From Pyrobaculum sp. (GTDB lineage Archaea; Thermoproteota; Thermoprotei; Thermoproteales; Thermoproteaceae), in contig JBKBOT010000002.1 of the NCBI GenBank assembly GCA_046293555.1, positions 39,608 through 103,607 of the forward strand: a stretch of 64,000 nt of DNA, read 5' to 3'. Shown piece after piece: positions 48,115-57,976 of the stretch. The position numbers and the translations under genes were made by a program. The notes under the pieces are model-generated. The model was not told the origin of the DNA. It made no database searches and saw only the letters and a program-made list of their open reading frames with translations. The stretch's first letter is position 1, and the number at the start of each line of letters is the position of its first letter.

Positions 48115-49299
48115 ATGGGTGCTCTAACTATCGTCGCGAAATACATGATAGTTGCCCAAATTGAGGTAAACGGAAGTGTAGATAAGTCAGATATCATCGG
48201 GGCTTTATTTTCGCAGACAGAAGGGCTTCTAGGCAAAGATATGGACTTGAGAGAACTACAGATGATGGGGCGGATTGGGAGAATAGAGGTAGAAATTACA
48301 GAACGAAATGGGAAAACTAAGGCAAAGATATACATTCCCAGCAACCTAGACAGATATGAAACCGCGTTGGTGGCGGCCCTTATTGAAGGCATAGAGAGAG
48401 TTGGGCCTTACCTGGCTTCAATAAGGGTACTAGATATTAAAGACTTAAGAGAAGAAAAAAGAAGGAAAATTATAGAAAAGGCAAAAGAACTTGTTAAACT
48501 CATTGAAGAAGAGGTTTTACCAGATACAAAGGAGATTATAGAAAAATTGAAAGAGGATGTAGCAAAAGCAGAGATTGTGGAATATGGCGTAGACAAACTT
48601 CCCGCAGGCCCGGATGTAGACAAGTCGGACTCGGTAATTGTGGTTGAGGGTAGGGCAGATGTTGTAAACCTAGTTAAACACGGGTATAGAAATGTTATAG
48701 CTATCGAGGGCATAAGTAAGGGGGTGCCCCAGACAATAATAGATTTAAGTAAAAAGAAGTCAATTGTCGTATTTATAGATGGCGATAAGGGCGGCGAGTT
48801 GGTACTAAAAGAACTCCTCAAGGTAGCCCATGTAGACTATATAGCCAGAGCGCCGCCTGGAAAAGAGGTAGAACAGCTGACCGCCAAAGAGATCGCAAAG
48901 GCGTTAAGAAACAAGGTAACTCTAGAAGAGTGGCTTACACAACAAAAAACAGAAAGACAAGAGACGCCCCCTCCACAGCCCGCCACAGAGCAGCCCCCAT
49001 CTCTACAACTTCCTTTCGACATAGCCAAAAAAATTAACGAGATGTTAGGCACGCTAGAGGCAGAGCTTTATGACGCCAACTGGAATCTAGCGAAAAAGGT
49101 TGCGGTTAGAGAACTTCCAGACGTCTTGTCAAGCGCCGAGGATTCCATTTACGCAATCATAATGGATGGAATAACTACACAGAGAATTGTAGATCTAGCC
49201 GCCAAGAGGGGAGTCAAGCTGATAATCACGGCGAGAGTAGGGCCTTTGACAAAAGTCCCAGAAGATATGAGGATTATACCCTTTGAGAAACTTAAATAA
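48115..49299 (+). CDS. dnaG: Archaeal DnaG (Toprim primase / exosome-associated)
   Basis: QTEGLLG, GRIGRI, VVEGRADV, DGDKGG, DGITTQR; probable ATG 48115. Confidence 0.95.
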   Translation: MGALTIVAKYMIVAQIEVNGSVDKSDIIGALFSQTEGLLGKDMDLRELQMMGRIGRIEVEITERNGKTKAKIYIPSNLDRYETALVAALIEGIERVGPYLASIRVLDIKDLREEKRRKIIEKAKELVKLIEEEVLPDTKEIIEKLKEDVAKAEIVEYGVDKLPAGPDVDKSDSVIVVEGRADVVNLVKHGYRNVIAIEGISKGVPQTIIDLSKKKSIVVFIDGDKGGELVLKELLKVAHVDYIARAPPGKEVEQLTAKEIAKALRNKVTLEEWLTQQKTERQETPPPQPATEQPPSLQLPFDIAKKINEMLGTLEAELYDANWNLAKKVAVRELPDVLSSAEDSIYAIIMDGITTQRIVDLAAKRGVKLIITARVGPLTKVPEDMRIIPFEKLK

Positions 49300-51640
49300 A
49301 GTCTAGAAGAGATTTTTCGCCACTTTTGCCCCTCAGGTCCCCCTCTCTCACGCCAATGACTCCAGCTATTCTCAACGCAGCCGGTATAATCTGCCGGTCG
49401 ATATAGTACCCCACATCTACCTTCTTGACGTCATCTAGCAGTATATAGGGCGTCGCGTTTTTAGACACCTTTTCTCCCCCCTTGATAATCACATAGCCAA
49501 TAGTGGCGCCTTTCCCCACTCTGTACCCCATTTTTTTCAGAAGTAACGCCGCGTGGACATGAGGCGGATAGGCCTTATATTCGCCAAGCTCTTTTTCAAG
49601 AGTTTTCCAAATAATAATCTCGTCTAGACTAAATTTATAATTTTTAAGTCTTTCAATTTCCTGCCTTATGTAGCTAACCACATTTTGTCTAGCCTCTATA
49701 ACATCTCTCGAATGTAGAATTCGCTCTATGACTTTTAACTGCACCTCTTTCGCCAGCTCACACCAGTCTCCCCTCACCACCTCAAAACCCACGATGTCAA
49801 TCCTCCCATCTCTCAAAAGACCTGCATACCTCTTCTTGGCTTCGGTAAATAACAGCCGCCTGTAGTCTTTCTCCACTTTTATCTCAATGCCGTATTTCTC
49901 CTCTACATATCTCACCAGTTCTTCCAACCCGCCGCCCTTTTTTACAAACAGGCTGTCAGTATCCCCGTAGACCACCGTAATGCCGAGACCCCTGGCCTTC
50001 TCAATGACGTCCCTCATGATGGCTCTGCCAAAAGCTGTGACAGATTCAGCCACCTCTTTTTTATACCAACGGGCCCCCACCCACCCCATGTAGCCATACA
50101 TGGCGTTAGCCATCACCTTTAGCGCCTTCTGCCTCTCGTCTAGTATTTTAAACTGTGGAGAGTCCGGCGGGTATTTCCTAGCCTCCTCTCTAACGGCCCT
50201 TCTAAGCTCTATGAGGCTTTTTAAAACTTGTGGCGTAAATCCCGGCGGGCTTTTTCTAAACCTATGTCCCACCTCAGGGACCGTGTGGACCCCCTCTGGG
50301 GGGTCACCCTCCTGCGGCTCTAGATAGGTGTCAGGAGAGAGGTTATATCTAATCATGATGTTGGGATACATGGAGGAAAAGTCTAACACCAGGATGTCAG
50401 CATATAGACCCGGCCTTGGCTCTAACACTATTGCTCCCCTATATGGCTCGTACTCCCGCTCCTCTCTATTTGGCGCCACTTCACCCATCTTGTAGGCATA
50501 TCTGAGTAACATCCACTCCACTCTATTCCCAACGCTCGCCGCCGCCACTTGGTCAAGTGGCAGGCCTGAAATGGAAGAGAGCTGTATTAAGAATGGCAGT
50601 AGTTTTTCTCCAAGGCCGTAAGTAGACCTAACGTCGTCTAGTACATACCGCCTTAAAAGCTCTCTCTTGCCCGTGTCGTTCCAGTACTCATAGATCTTGT
50701 GGCCGGGAATTAACACCCTCTCTTCTCTCCTCATAACTCCAAAATATTCTGCCACCCTGTCTAGAGTCTTTATCTTAATTTCAGAAAACTCGTCTACTAT
50801 GTTGTAAAGATCCACATTTGCCCTCCCCACTACAGACCAATGGCCGTAAACACTTGGCTGCGGCGAGCCGCCAAATCTATCCACCCTAAGCGGGATGCCT
50901 AGAGTCCTAGCTCTTTCTGACAGATAGGGCCAGTCAAAGCCGTTGGAATTATAGCCTATAATTACGTCTGGGTCATACTCCCTGGCGAAATTTATAAAAG
51001 ACTTGACGACGGCCCTGTCGTCTCTGCCAGAAGCCTCAAAAACCTCTTCCCTCCCCCCGGAGGTCTTGACCGCGGTCATTACCACGGGATCTCTCGACGG
51101 GTCGGGACTACCCCTCTCGTTATATACCTCTATATCAAACGCCATTACTCTCAGCTGGGGGGGAAATCCCTCCTCAGCTCCAAGCCACTGTTTTACATGA
51201 TATGCCGCCATGGAGGCCACCTTGCCGCCATCCTCTATCTCTACTACATTCCAGGCGCAGGGAGTTACCCCCATGTCTATCATATACCGCATGTAGTACC
51301 TAATGTCTGCTTCATACACGCCTCTCGTCCCGGGGGGAACCGCCTCTCTAAGCTTCCGCACGTCTTCAGGTATTTTAGCCACTACTTTCCACAACCTCTT
51401 AGGCCGCCCCATGTATCTCCTCTCTATTTGATATACGTCCTCCAGCGGCGCCACTTTAAGTAAGTGCGACTTGAGGTATTCCCCGTCGCAATTTAGACAG
51501 TCGACATAGAAATAGGGCCTAAACTTTCTATCTACAAGAACTACCCTCTCTCCCCCAGCTGTAATCCCCACAGTTCTGACCTCGGCGACGCCGCCTGTCA
51601 CAACATAGGTGATATCTAGAGGCCAAAACTTAATTTCCAC
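49292..51640 (-). CDS. polB3: Family B DNA polymerase B3
   Basis: FDIE, YNSNGFD, DFSSMYP, KVMANAMYGY, YGDTDS, KKRY; C-terminal PIP-like EKSLLDF. Confidence 0.95.
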   Translation of the reverse strand: MEIKFWPLDITYVVTGGVAEVRTVGITAGGERVVLVDRKFRPYFYVDCLNCDGEYLKSHLLKVAPLEDVYQIERRYMGRPKRLWKVVAKIPEDVRKLREAVPPGTRGVYEADIRYYMRYMIDMGVTPCAWNVVEIEDGGKVASMAAYHVKQWLGAEEGFPPQLRVMAFDIEVYNERGSPDPSRDPVVMTAVKTSGGREEVFEASGRDDRAVVKSFINFAREYDPDVIIGYNSNGFDWPYLSERARTLGIPLRVDRFGGSPQPSVYGHWSVVGRANVDLYNIVDEFSEIKIKTLDRVAEYFGVMRREERVLIPGHKIYEYWNDTGKRELLRRYVLDDVRSTYGLGEKLLPFLIQLSSISGLPLDQVAAASVGNRVEWMLLRYAYKMGEVAPNREEREYEPYRGAIVLEPRPGLYADILVLDFSSMYPNIMIRYNLSPDTYLEPQEGDPPEGVHTVPEVGHRFRKSPPGFTPQVLKSLIELRRAVREEARKYPPDSPQFKILDERQKALKVMANAMYGYMGWVGARWYKKEVAESVTAFGRAIMRDVIEKARGLGITVVYGDTDSLFVKKGGGLEELVRYVEEKYGIEIKVEKDYRRLLFTEAKKRYAGLLRDGRIDIVGFEVVRGDWCELAKEVQLKVIERILHSRDVIEARQNVVSYIRQEIERLKNYKFSLDEIIIWKTLEKELGEYKAYPPHVHAALLLKKMGYRVGKGATIGYVIIKGGEKVSKNATPYILLDDVKKVDVGYYIDRQIIPAALRIAGVIGVREGDLRGKSGEKSLLDFI

Positions 51641-51731
51641 AAATAAATTTTAAATAAAAAAATTGAAACGTGAGGAAATGCCTCGAGACGTTGCCCAGAA
51701 GGAAAGACACGGCGCATAGCTACATAATTGA

Positions 51732-52100
51732 GTGGCTTCTACAGAAAATATGAAGCTCTATGCCGCCTCGGCGGTCTTAACCGCCACATACACTATAGCC
51801 TACACGTTACAATACGCCACAGATATCTACTCTCTAGCTCGGAACGGCATAATCGGCGCCGTGTTTTCACTAGCACTCATGTTATCCCTCATACCTCTGG
51901 CGGGACCTCTGGCGTACAACGCCGTGTTTCACATTCTCGCAAACCTCCTCAGTCCGCCTATAGACACAACCCTCCTCGCCTACGTGTTATCTATAGCCTC
52001 ATGGGCGTTAAACATAACTTTCACCACTGCCCTCATACTATACATGTTACAGATAAGGAGGGCGGCGGCCAGGAGGGTAATCAAGAGGCTGTTGTTTTAA
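51732..52100 (+). CDS. Hypothetical membrane protein (5' end possibly frameshifted)
   Basis: 3-4 hydrophobic segments; its stop codon abuts the tRNA 3' end. Confidence 0.5.
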   Translation: MASTENMKLYAASAVLTATYTIAYTLQYATDIYSLARNGIIGAVFSLALMLSLIPLAGPLAYNAVFHILANLLSPPIDTTLLAYVLSIASWALNITFTTALILYMLQIRRAAARRVIKRLLF

Positions 52101-52207
52101 GCCCCGGCCGGGATTCGAACCCGGGACCTCCCGCTCTCTCGGCTTCCATACAAGGCCTACGCGGGGCTGTGCCCCAGGGCGCTCCGACCGGGCTGAGCTA
52201 CCGGGGC
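52100..52207 (-). tRNA. tRNA-Thr(UGU) with two introns (29/30 and 37/38)
   Basis: Cloverleaf GCCCCGG..GGTTCGAATCCC..CCGGGGC-U after removing 20 nt (52157-52176) and 13 nt (52136-52148); anticodon at 52150-52152; TTTAAATA promoter at 52227-52234. Confidence 0.92.
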
Positions 52208-52238
52208 TTTGTAAAGGTTTATTTATTATTTAAAAATT

Positions 52239-53099
52239 TTAGGCCCTCTCCTCTCTGACATACGGTCTGGCGAGCCATTTAGGCGCAGCTGCCCTCACGC
52301 CGGCTCTCTTCACGAGCAGCTGTATGGCGGCAAGTAGAACTATGGGCACTAGATAAGGCACTGTGTTCAACAGGTGGGGCGACAGGGCCAGAAATCCCTG
52401 CAGGATGTAAGACAGCGTGATGAATGTAGAGGGTATGAGAGACGCCCCTATGGCCAACAGGGGGGACCAAAGTGAGATCATGGCCGTGATAACTGCCAAA
52501 AAGCCCCATCCCATTGGGAGCAACTCGCTCCAACTGCCGTAATACGCCAAGATGACGTAAGCCCCGGCAGAAGAGGCCAACAAGCCCTCTAAAACCCCGG
52601 CGATCTTTCTGACGTTGTACACATCTACCCCCATTAGGTCTAGCGACTGGGGGTCATCTCCAGACGCCCTTATGGCTATCCCCAGCCTGGTCTTAAAGAA
52701 GAAATAGACCGAGATGGCTATGGCTACTGTAATTACAAACTCTAGCCCATATGCGGTCAGCTTCCCTATAGGCTGCCCCACCTTACCCTGGGCGATCTGA
52801 GACCCCAGCCCATATCCGATCATGGTGAAGGCAAACCCCAAGAGGATTTGATTTAAGGCGAGCTCGTTAGCCAACAGGTAGTAAATAAGGTTGTAAATAG
52901 TGCCAACTGTCACTGCCACTAGAAAACCCCATGGGGGGCCCACCGCTGCCGCCACGGCGGCTGATAGATACACAACGCCCTCAAGACCTAGGTTCAACAC
53001 GCCGGCCCTCTGGCCGATTATTGCGCCTAAAGTTCCCAACAATATGGGGGTAGCCCCCCTCAAGGCCTCTAACGTAATTGCGTATGTCTCTAACGCCAT
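52239..53099 (-). CDS. ABC transporter permease (nucleoside/sugar type)
   Basis: RAGVLNLGLEG, TRLGIAIRASG, GWGF, VPY. Confidence 0.9.
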   Translation of the reverse strand: MALETYAITLEALRGATPILLGTLGAIIGQRAGVLNLGLEGVVYLSAAVAAAVGPPWGFLVAVTVGTIYNLIYYLLANELALNQILLGFAFTMIGYGLGSQIAQGKVGQPIGKLTAYGLEFVITVAIAISVYFFFKTRLGIAIRASGDDPQSLDLMGVDVYNVRKIAGVLEGLLASSAGAYVILAYYGSWSELLPMGWGFLAVITAMISLWSPLLAIGASLIPSTFITLSYILQGFLALSPHLLNTVPYLVPIVLLAAIQLLVKRAGVRAAAPKWLARPYVREERA

Positions 53100-54052
53100 A
53101 CTACCCTATACCTGTAGAACATATAGCCAGTGAGTCCCCACGCCATGGCGGTGCCCACCAACGCGTTTGCCACCAAGGCGGGGAGGCCAAACACCTTTAG
53201 GTTTATAGCCACCTCATATAGCCAAGCTATATAGAGAGAAGACGCCAAGACGCCCAGGGGGTTAAGCCCCCCCAGCCACGACGCGGCAATTCCGTAAAAC
53301 CCAAAGCCTGTACTCACCTGTTGTATCATCATGTATCTCCCCGCCTCTCTACTCATGATCTCCAGAGCCCCACCTACTCCAGAAAGGGCGCCGCTTATCG
53401 TAAGAGCCAAGAGGATGTAAGCTCCAGGCCGCTTGCCCGAATATCTCACCACCCCCTCGCTGGAGGATAACAGCCGTAAATATAGCCCAGCCCTAGTTCT
53501 ATACAGGAGGATAACCCCCATCGCGATAAAAGCCAAAACTAGAAATGCGACATGGAGATCGACGGCGGGCGCCTCTATTGAGACTATAAAGCCCTTTTTC
53601 GTGAGATCTCTAAGAGGCCCCTCTACGAAATAACGCGCTACATAAATGGCGACAAATATAGTGAGAAAGGTGGATACAGCCTCGTTTACTCCAGCCCCCA
53701 CTCTCAACAAGGCTGGCGCCAGAACCCAACCTGCCGCCGCCAATAACGCCAGAGCCAAGGCCTCGAGGGCGTTTTGAGAAGTCAGAGCGGCCAACGCGCC
53801 TACGATCGCCTGCCCCTCCTGACCTATATTCCACAGCCCGGAGCGGTAAGAGACGACGCTGGCAAGACTTATCACTCCAATTACGACGAAAACTCTTAGG
53901 TAGGCGTAGGGGCTAATTGTGGTTAAGGCCCTAAGAGTCTTCTCTAGACTCCACGTGGCTAGAAACACGATGACAAAAACTGTGGCTAGTGAGCCCAGTG
54001 CCGCAATTACATAACAGAGGGGACAGGGGGTGGCCCTCTGTACTAACCTCAT
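53090..54052 (-). CDS. ABC transporter permease (nucleoside/sugar type)
   Basis: WNIGQEGQ, NEAVST, GFGFYGI, NPLG. Confidence 0.9.
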   Translation of the reverse strand: MRLVQRATPCPLCYVIAALGSLATVFVIVFLATWSLEKTLRALTTISPYAYLRVFVVIGVISLASVVSYRSGLWNIGQEGQAIVGALAALTSQNALEALALALLAAAGWVLAPALLRVGAGVNEAVSTFLTIFVAIYVARYFVEGPLRDLTKKGFIVSIEAPAVDLHVAFLVLAFIAMGVILLYRTRAGLYLRLLSSSEGVVRYSGKRPGAYILLALTISGALSGVGGALEIMSREAGRYMMIQQVSTGFGFYGIAASWLGGLNPLGVLASSLYIAWLYEVAINLKVFGLPALVANALVGTAMAWGLTGYMFYRYRVVWR

Positions 54053-55437
54053 GTGGTCATAGCCTCAGCTATTTTCCCCACCTCATATGGGGGGCTGAAG
54101 GAGGCGATGACACGTCCTCGCGACATCACGTATATTCTATCTGCCTTCTCCACAGCCTCCTCGAGATCTTCTATACTTATAATCGCGGCGCCAGCCACCA
54201 CGCCTTTCACAAGGCTATAAAACCTCTCTGTGGTCTCAACGTCAAGTCCGCGGGTGGGGTAAGACGCCACTAATACATATGGCGTATGTAACAAAAGCTC
54301 TCTCGCCAAGATGAGTTTTTGCTGGTTTCCGCCAGACAGAGCCGCCACCCTTGTGTAGACATCTGGTATATCTATATCTAACGTCCTTTTTGCCTCCTCT
54401 AGTTTTTCCCTACAGCCCTTTATACACCTTATCCTAAAGTTATCTAAGACGCTTAACTCTCTCGCCAAAGCCCTCTGGCGTTCTTCTGGGAGGTATATAA
54501 CGCCACGTTTGAGAAACTCTCCATACGGCCTGCCGGCCATCTCGACCCCATTTACGTAGATCCTCCCCCCCTGCGGCTTCTTGAAGCCAGAAAGCAGCTC
54601 CATAAGCTCCTCCTGGCCGTTGCCAGCTACGCCGACCACCGCCGCCATCTCCCCCCTTCTCAACTCCAGCGAGACGTCTTTGACCTTATCTCCGCGTAAA
54701 CCCTCGGCGCGGTATATGACCTCGCCTGCAGGGCTCTCCCTCTTTTCGTATCTCTGCACAAAGCCTAGAAACATGGCCTCGAGTAACTTCTTCTCGTCAA
54801 ATGGCCTCGAGAACTCCCCCACCTTTATCCCCCTTCTGAGCACAGTAATTCTGTCAGCCACCTCCACGGCCTCTCTCACCTTATGCGTCACAAAGACCAC
54901 AGCTTTGCCCATCTCTGCGAGCTTACGTAAAATCGAGAGAAAACTCTTGACCTCTCTCGGGCTAAGTAGAGATGTGGGCTCGTCTGTCAGCAAGACCTCG
55001 CTCTCTCTAGCCAACGCCTTTAGGATCTCCACCCTCTGTCTCTCCCCCACAGTGAGCTCGGACACATGTCTCTCCAGGGGGATATCCACCCCGAGCGTCT
55101 CGCCAAATTTTAAAACGCTGCCTATATTGACGCCAGCCAGCTTGAGGTTTTCCCCCACGGTAAGCGTGTCAATTAACGCAAAGTGTTGTGAAATTAGGGC
55201 TATGCCCAAGCTCGAGGCGTGACGCGGCGATTTTATTACTGTCTTAACGCCGTTGACAAAGATCTCGCCTCTATCTGGCAGATAGACGCCGTAGAGTATT
55301 GAAATAAGTGTGGACTTCCCGGCGCCGTTTTCTCCCAACAGGCCGTGTATCTCCCCTGGCCGTACGTCAAAATCTACGCCGTCTAGAGCCACAACTCCTG
55401 GAAAAACTTTCCTTACCCCCCGGGCCTCTATATACAT
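54049..55437 (-). CDS. ABC transporter ATP-binding protein (two-domain, CUT2 type)
   Basis: GENGAGKST, DEPT, LSGGNQQK, PTRGLD. Confidence 0.93.
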   Translation of the reverse strand: MYIEARGVRKVFPGVVALDGVDFDVRPGEIHGLLGENGAGKSTLISILYGVYLPDRGEIFVNGVKTVIKSPRHASSLGIALISQHFALIDTLTVGENLKLAGVNIGSVLKFGETLGVDIPLERHVSELTVGERQRVEILKALARESEVLLTDEPTSLLSPREVKSFLSILRKLAEMGKAVVFVTHKVREAVEVADRITVLRRGIKVGEFSRPFDEKKLLEAMFLGFVQRYEKRESPAGEVIYRAEGLRGDKVKDVSLELRRGEMAAVVGVAGNGQEELMELLSGFKKPQGGRIYVNGVEMAGRPYGEFLKRGVIYLPEERQRALARELSVLDNFRIRCIKGCREKLEEAKRTLDIDIPDVYTRVAALSGGNQQKLILARELLLHTPYVLVASYPTRGLDVETTERFYSLVKGVVAGAAIISIEDLEEAVEKADRIYVMSRGRVIASFSPPYEVGKIAEAMTT

Positions 55438-55450
55438 GGAAAAAAACTCG

Positions 55451-56716
55451 TTATGGCCGCCGGCTATATCCCTCTACGTACCACGTCATGTCATATAGCT
55501 CGTCTTTACTTAACCGCATCCTTTCTGTCACCCTCACGTTGCCATCCATATCTCTTATAGGTCCGGTAAACGGGTCCCACACGCCCTCTATGACCTCCCT
55601 CCTCCTTCTCTCCACATATTCCCTCACCTCCCCCGGAATAGCTGGACTCAGTGGGAGAATTATGTCGGCTGGGTTTTGCGTGTGGTCGTAGTTCACATAG
55701 GCGTTTTTCATACTCCACCAATAGTCACGCGGCCTTTCTGGAGGCCACTCAGACCACACCTCCACCTCTCCAGATATCCAAGCCAGATACGCCCTAATGG
55801 TCATCTCCACATAGAGGGGGCCCCAGTTGACTATCTGGCCGGTTAAATGTGCGGCGGGCCCATATTGCCTCATGTCTGAATAGTGTGAAAACGACCAAAC
55901 CGCCCTCCCCCTCTTTTGGTAGTCCTCAGCTACTTGCAACACGGCGGGGCTGTCTTCAGTGAAGGCCAAGACGTCGACGCCGGCTTCCACAAGGGCTGTG
56001 GCGGCCCTTCTGGCGCCCTCTGGGTTATACCAACTGCCTAGCTCTATTACGTCCATTGTGGCTCTTGGGTTTCTCTCTCTGGCGCCAATCAGGAAGGCGT
56101 TCATGTGTCTAATAACTTCCGGAATTGTGAAAGCCGCCACGTAGCCCAACTTGTTGGTTTTAGTCATCGCGCCGGCAGCCAGCCCGTTGAGGTAATAAGC
56201 CTCGTATAGATCTATGAAATACTCGGCAAAGTTTTTTAACTCCCCCCATTCCTTCAAACTGGCGAAATATCCAGAACAATGGGCAAAGAAGACATCTGGA
56301 TGTCTTCTAGCTGCCTCCTTGGTGGCGTCCATAAAGCCGTAAGAAGTGGTATACACCAGATTTGCGCCCTCGTCTATAGCTCTCCTTATATATGTCGCAA
56401 CCTCTGCCTCAGGCACGCTCTCTATATATCTAGTCTCCACAACACACCACCTTGGGCTTGGGCACAAGGCCTTCTCTAGATACCTCCTCCCCCTGTCGTG
56501 ACCGTAAGTCCAGCCGTAGTCCCCCACAGGCCCCACGTAGATGAAATAAGCCCTCATTCTGGGGAGGCCCGTAGGTGTGGTGGTGGCAGTGGGAGTTGCC
56601 GTTTTTTCTACGGCACGTTGGAGAGACTGTAGCGCGAGGTAGGTGGCTCCAGACCCAACTACGGCGCCGGCGGCAAAAGAGGCAACTGCCTTAAGCCAAT
56701 CCCTCCTGCTCGCCAT
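55451..56716 (-). CDS. BMP-family substrate-binding protein with Tat signal
   Basis: SRRDWLK + hydrophobic helix + Thr/Pro linker; VGPVGDYGWT..H, TSYGF, LGYVAAF, NAF..GA, WDPFTGP. Confidence 0.9.
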   Translation of the reverse strand: MASRRDWLKAVASFAAGAVVGSGATYLALQSLQRAVEKTATPTATTTPTGLPRMRAYFIYVGPVGDYGWTYGHDRGRRYLEKALCPSPRWCVVETRYIESVPEAEVATYIRRAIDEGANLVYTTSYGFMDATKEAARRHPDVFFAHCSGYFASLKEWGELKNFAEYFIDLYEAYYLNGLAAGAMTKTNKLGYVAAFTIPEVIRHMNAFLIGARERNPRATMDVIELGSWYNPEGARRAATALVEAGVDVLAFTEDSPAVLQVAEDYQKRGRAVWSFSHYSDMRQYGPAAHLTGQIVNWGPLYVEMTIRAYLAWISGEVEVWSEWPPERPRDYWWSMKNAYVNYDHTQNPADIILPLSPAIPGEVREYVERRRREVIEGVWDPFTGPIRDMDGNVRVTERMRLSKDELYDMTWYVEGYSRRP

Positions 56717-56786
56717 GTGTTAAATGTTTAAAACTATAATTTAAGTCTTATCCTTTGGAGATCTCTGTTTTAAACAAACTATTAAA

Positions 56787-56840
56787 AGTCAGCTACCCTA
56801 GGATCTGTCACCTATCCCCCGGGCATGATCCTCATCACGG
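56787..56840 (-). ncRNA. C/D-box sRNA
   Basis: Box C GTGATGA (56838-56832) to box D CTGA (56792-56789), 50 nt span, degenerate internal D'/C' (GGGA..GTGACA), followed by TTTT. Confidence 0.72.
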
Positions 56841-56858
56841 CCCATGTGGCTTCTCCAC

Positions 56859-57785
56859 TTAAAAACTCTCCCTGGGGATGGGATACGCCCTGAGCCCCCT
56901 CTTTCTGAGATGCCTGGCTAACTTCTCCGAATATCCATATACAGTATATATAAGCCTCGGCGACGTGTTTACCGCAAAATCCACCAGGTTTGGAAAATCG
57001 CTGTGGTCGCTTAGGGGGATCCCATATATCCCCCCCTCTAACGCCCGCCTCCTTAGAAAAATGTCTGCATACCAGCCGCTGACCTCAACCTTCACGTAGC
57101 CCCTAGGCGCCTCTTTGGCGCTTGGCACAATAACCACGTCCTTGTTGTCGCCTGTAGAGATCCCCAGAGCCATGTTGTATCTAGCCACAGACTTGTGTGC
57201 CCCGGCAAGCCTGCCGAGAAGCTTTGAGACCTCCTGCGCCTTCCCTAGCGGATACGCCACAATGGCCACCCCCTGGTTTTTCACGTTGCGCTCCACCACG
57301 TCTATTAGCTCGTCGTAAACCTCAGCCCTGTTGGGAAAGACGTAAGTAGGGTCCCCGTAGGTGGCCTCCATGACGAGGATATCCGGCCTCGCCACTGGCT
57401 CAGCCGCATCTGTGAGAATCGAGCCTATGGTGTTAAAGTCGCCAGTAAACAACACCTGCACGCCGTCTATCTCCACAAAATACATAACACTCCCAAGTAT
57501 ATGCCCGGCGTCAAACGCCGCTATTTGTACATCCCCCAGCTCAATCACGCCCCCCGGCGTTATGGCTATACGCCTGGGGGGGAGGCCGCCGTATTTAACA
57601 GAAATGGCGGAAAAAGTCTCTCTAGTGGCCACCACGAGGTGTCTTAACACGTGTCTAGACACGTGGTCGCTATGGCCGTGGGTAATCAAGACGAAATCTA
57701 CGCCGTCTACAGGCCCCGTCGGGTCTACCACAAACCTGACCTTCCGGCCCCTTACATAAATACCACGATTATAGAAGATATTCAC
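56859..57785 (-). CDS. beta-CASP/MBL-fold nuclease
   Basis: THGHSDH, AGHILGS, FTGDF, EATYG, YPLGKAQE, SGW, LSDHSD; probable GTG start at 57785 downstream of TATAAATA. Confidence 0.87.
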   Translation of the reverse strand: MNIFYNRGIYVRGRKVRFVVDPTGPVDGVDFVLITHGHSDHVSRHVLRHLVVATRETFSAISVKYGGLPPRRIAITPGGVIELGDVQIAAFDAGHILGSVMYFVEIDGVQVLFTGDFNTIGSILTDAAEPVARPDILVMEATYGDPTYVFPNRAEVYDELIDVVERNVKNQGVAIVAYPLGKAQEVSKLLGRLAGAHKSVARYNMALGISTGDNKDVVIVPSAKEAPRGYVKVEVSGWYADIFLRRRALEGGIYGIPLSDHSDFPNLVDFAVNTSPRLIYTVYGYSEKLARHLRKRGLRAYPIPRESF

Positions 57786-57921
57786 CGCCAGATGTAGTTC
57801 CCGGCTATTTATAGATACGCCTCTATTCGCCGCCGCCCCCCTCTGCCGCCCGCCCACATCGCATTGGCGGCAAGCCCCCGTTGGAAGTACGGACTATTTT
57901 TTAAGCCATGTGTAAACTACG

Positions 57922-57976
57922 CCGTGATGACCTGTCCCTTGGCGGATGTCATGAGGAGATACGCCACAGGCTGAGT
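57922..57976 (+). ncRNA. C/D-box sRNA
   Basis: C GTGATGA 57924-30, 12-nt guide, D' CGGA 57943-46, C' ATGAGGA 57951-57, 13-nt guide, D CTGA 57971-74; TTTAAG about 20 nt upstream. Confidence 0.88.

Noticed and set aside
52100-52130. tRNA 3' end as an attachment site of an integrated element
   Set aside because: No duplicated tRNA end and no integrase seen in the window
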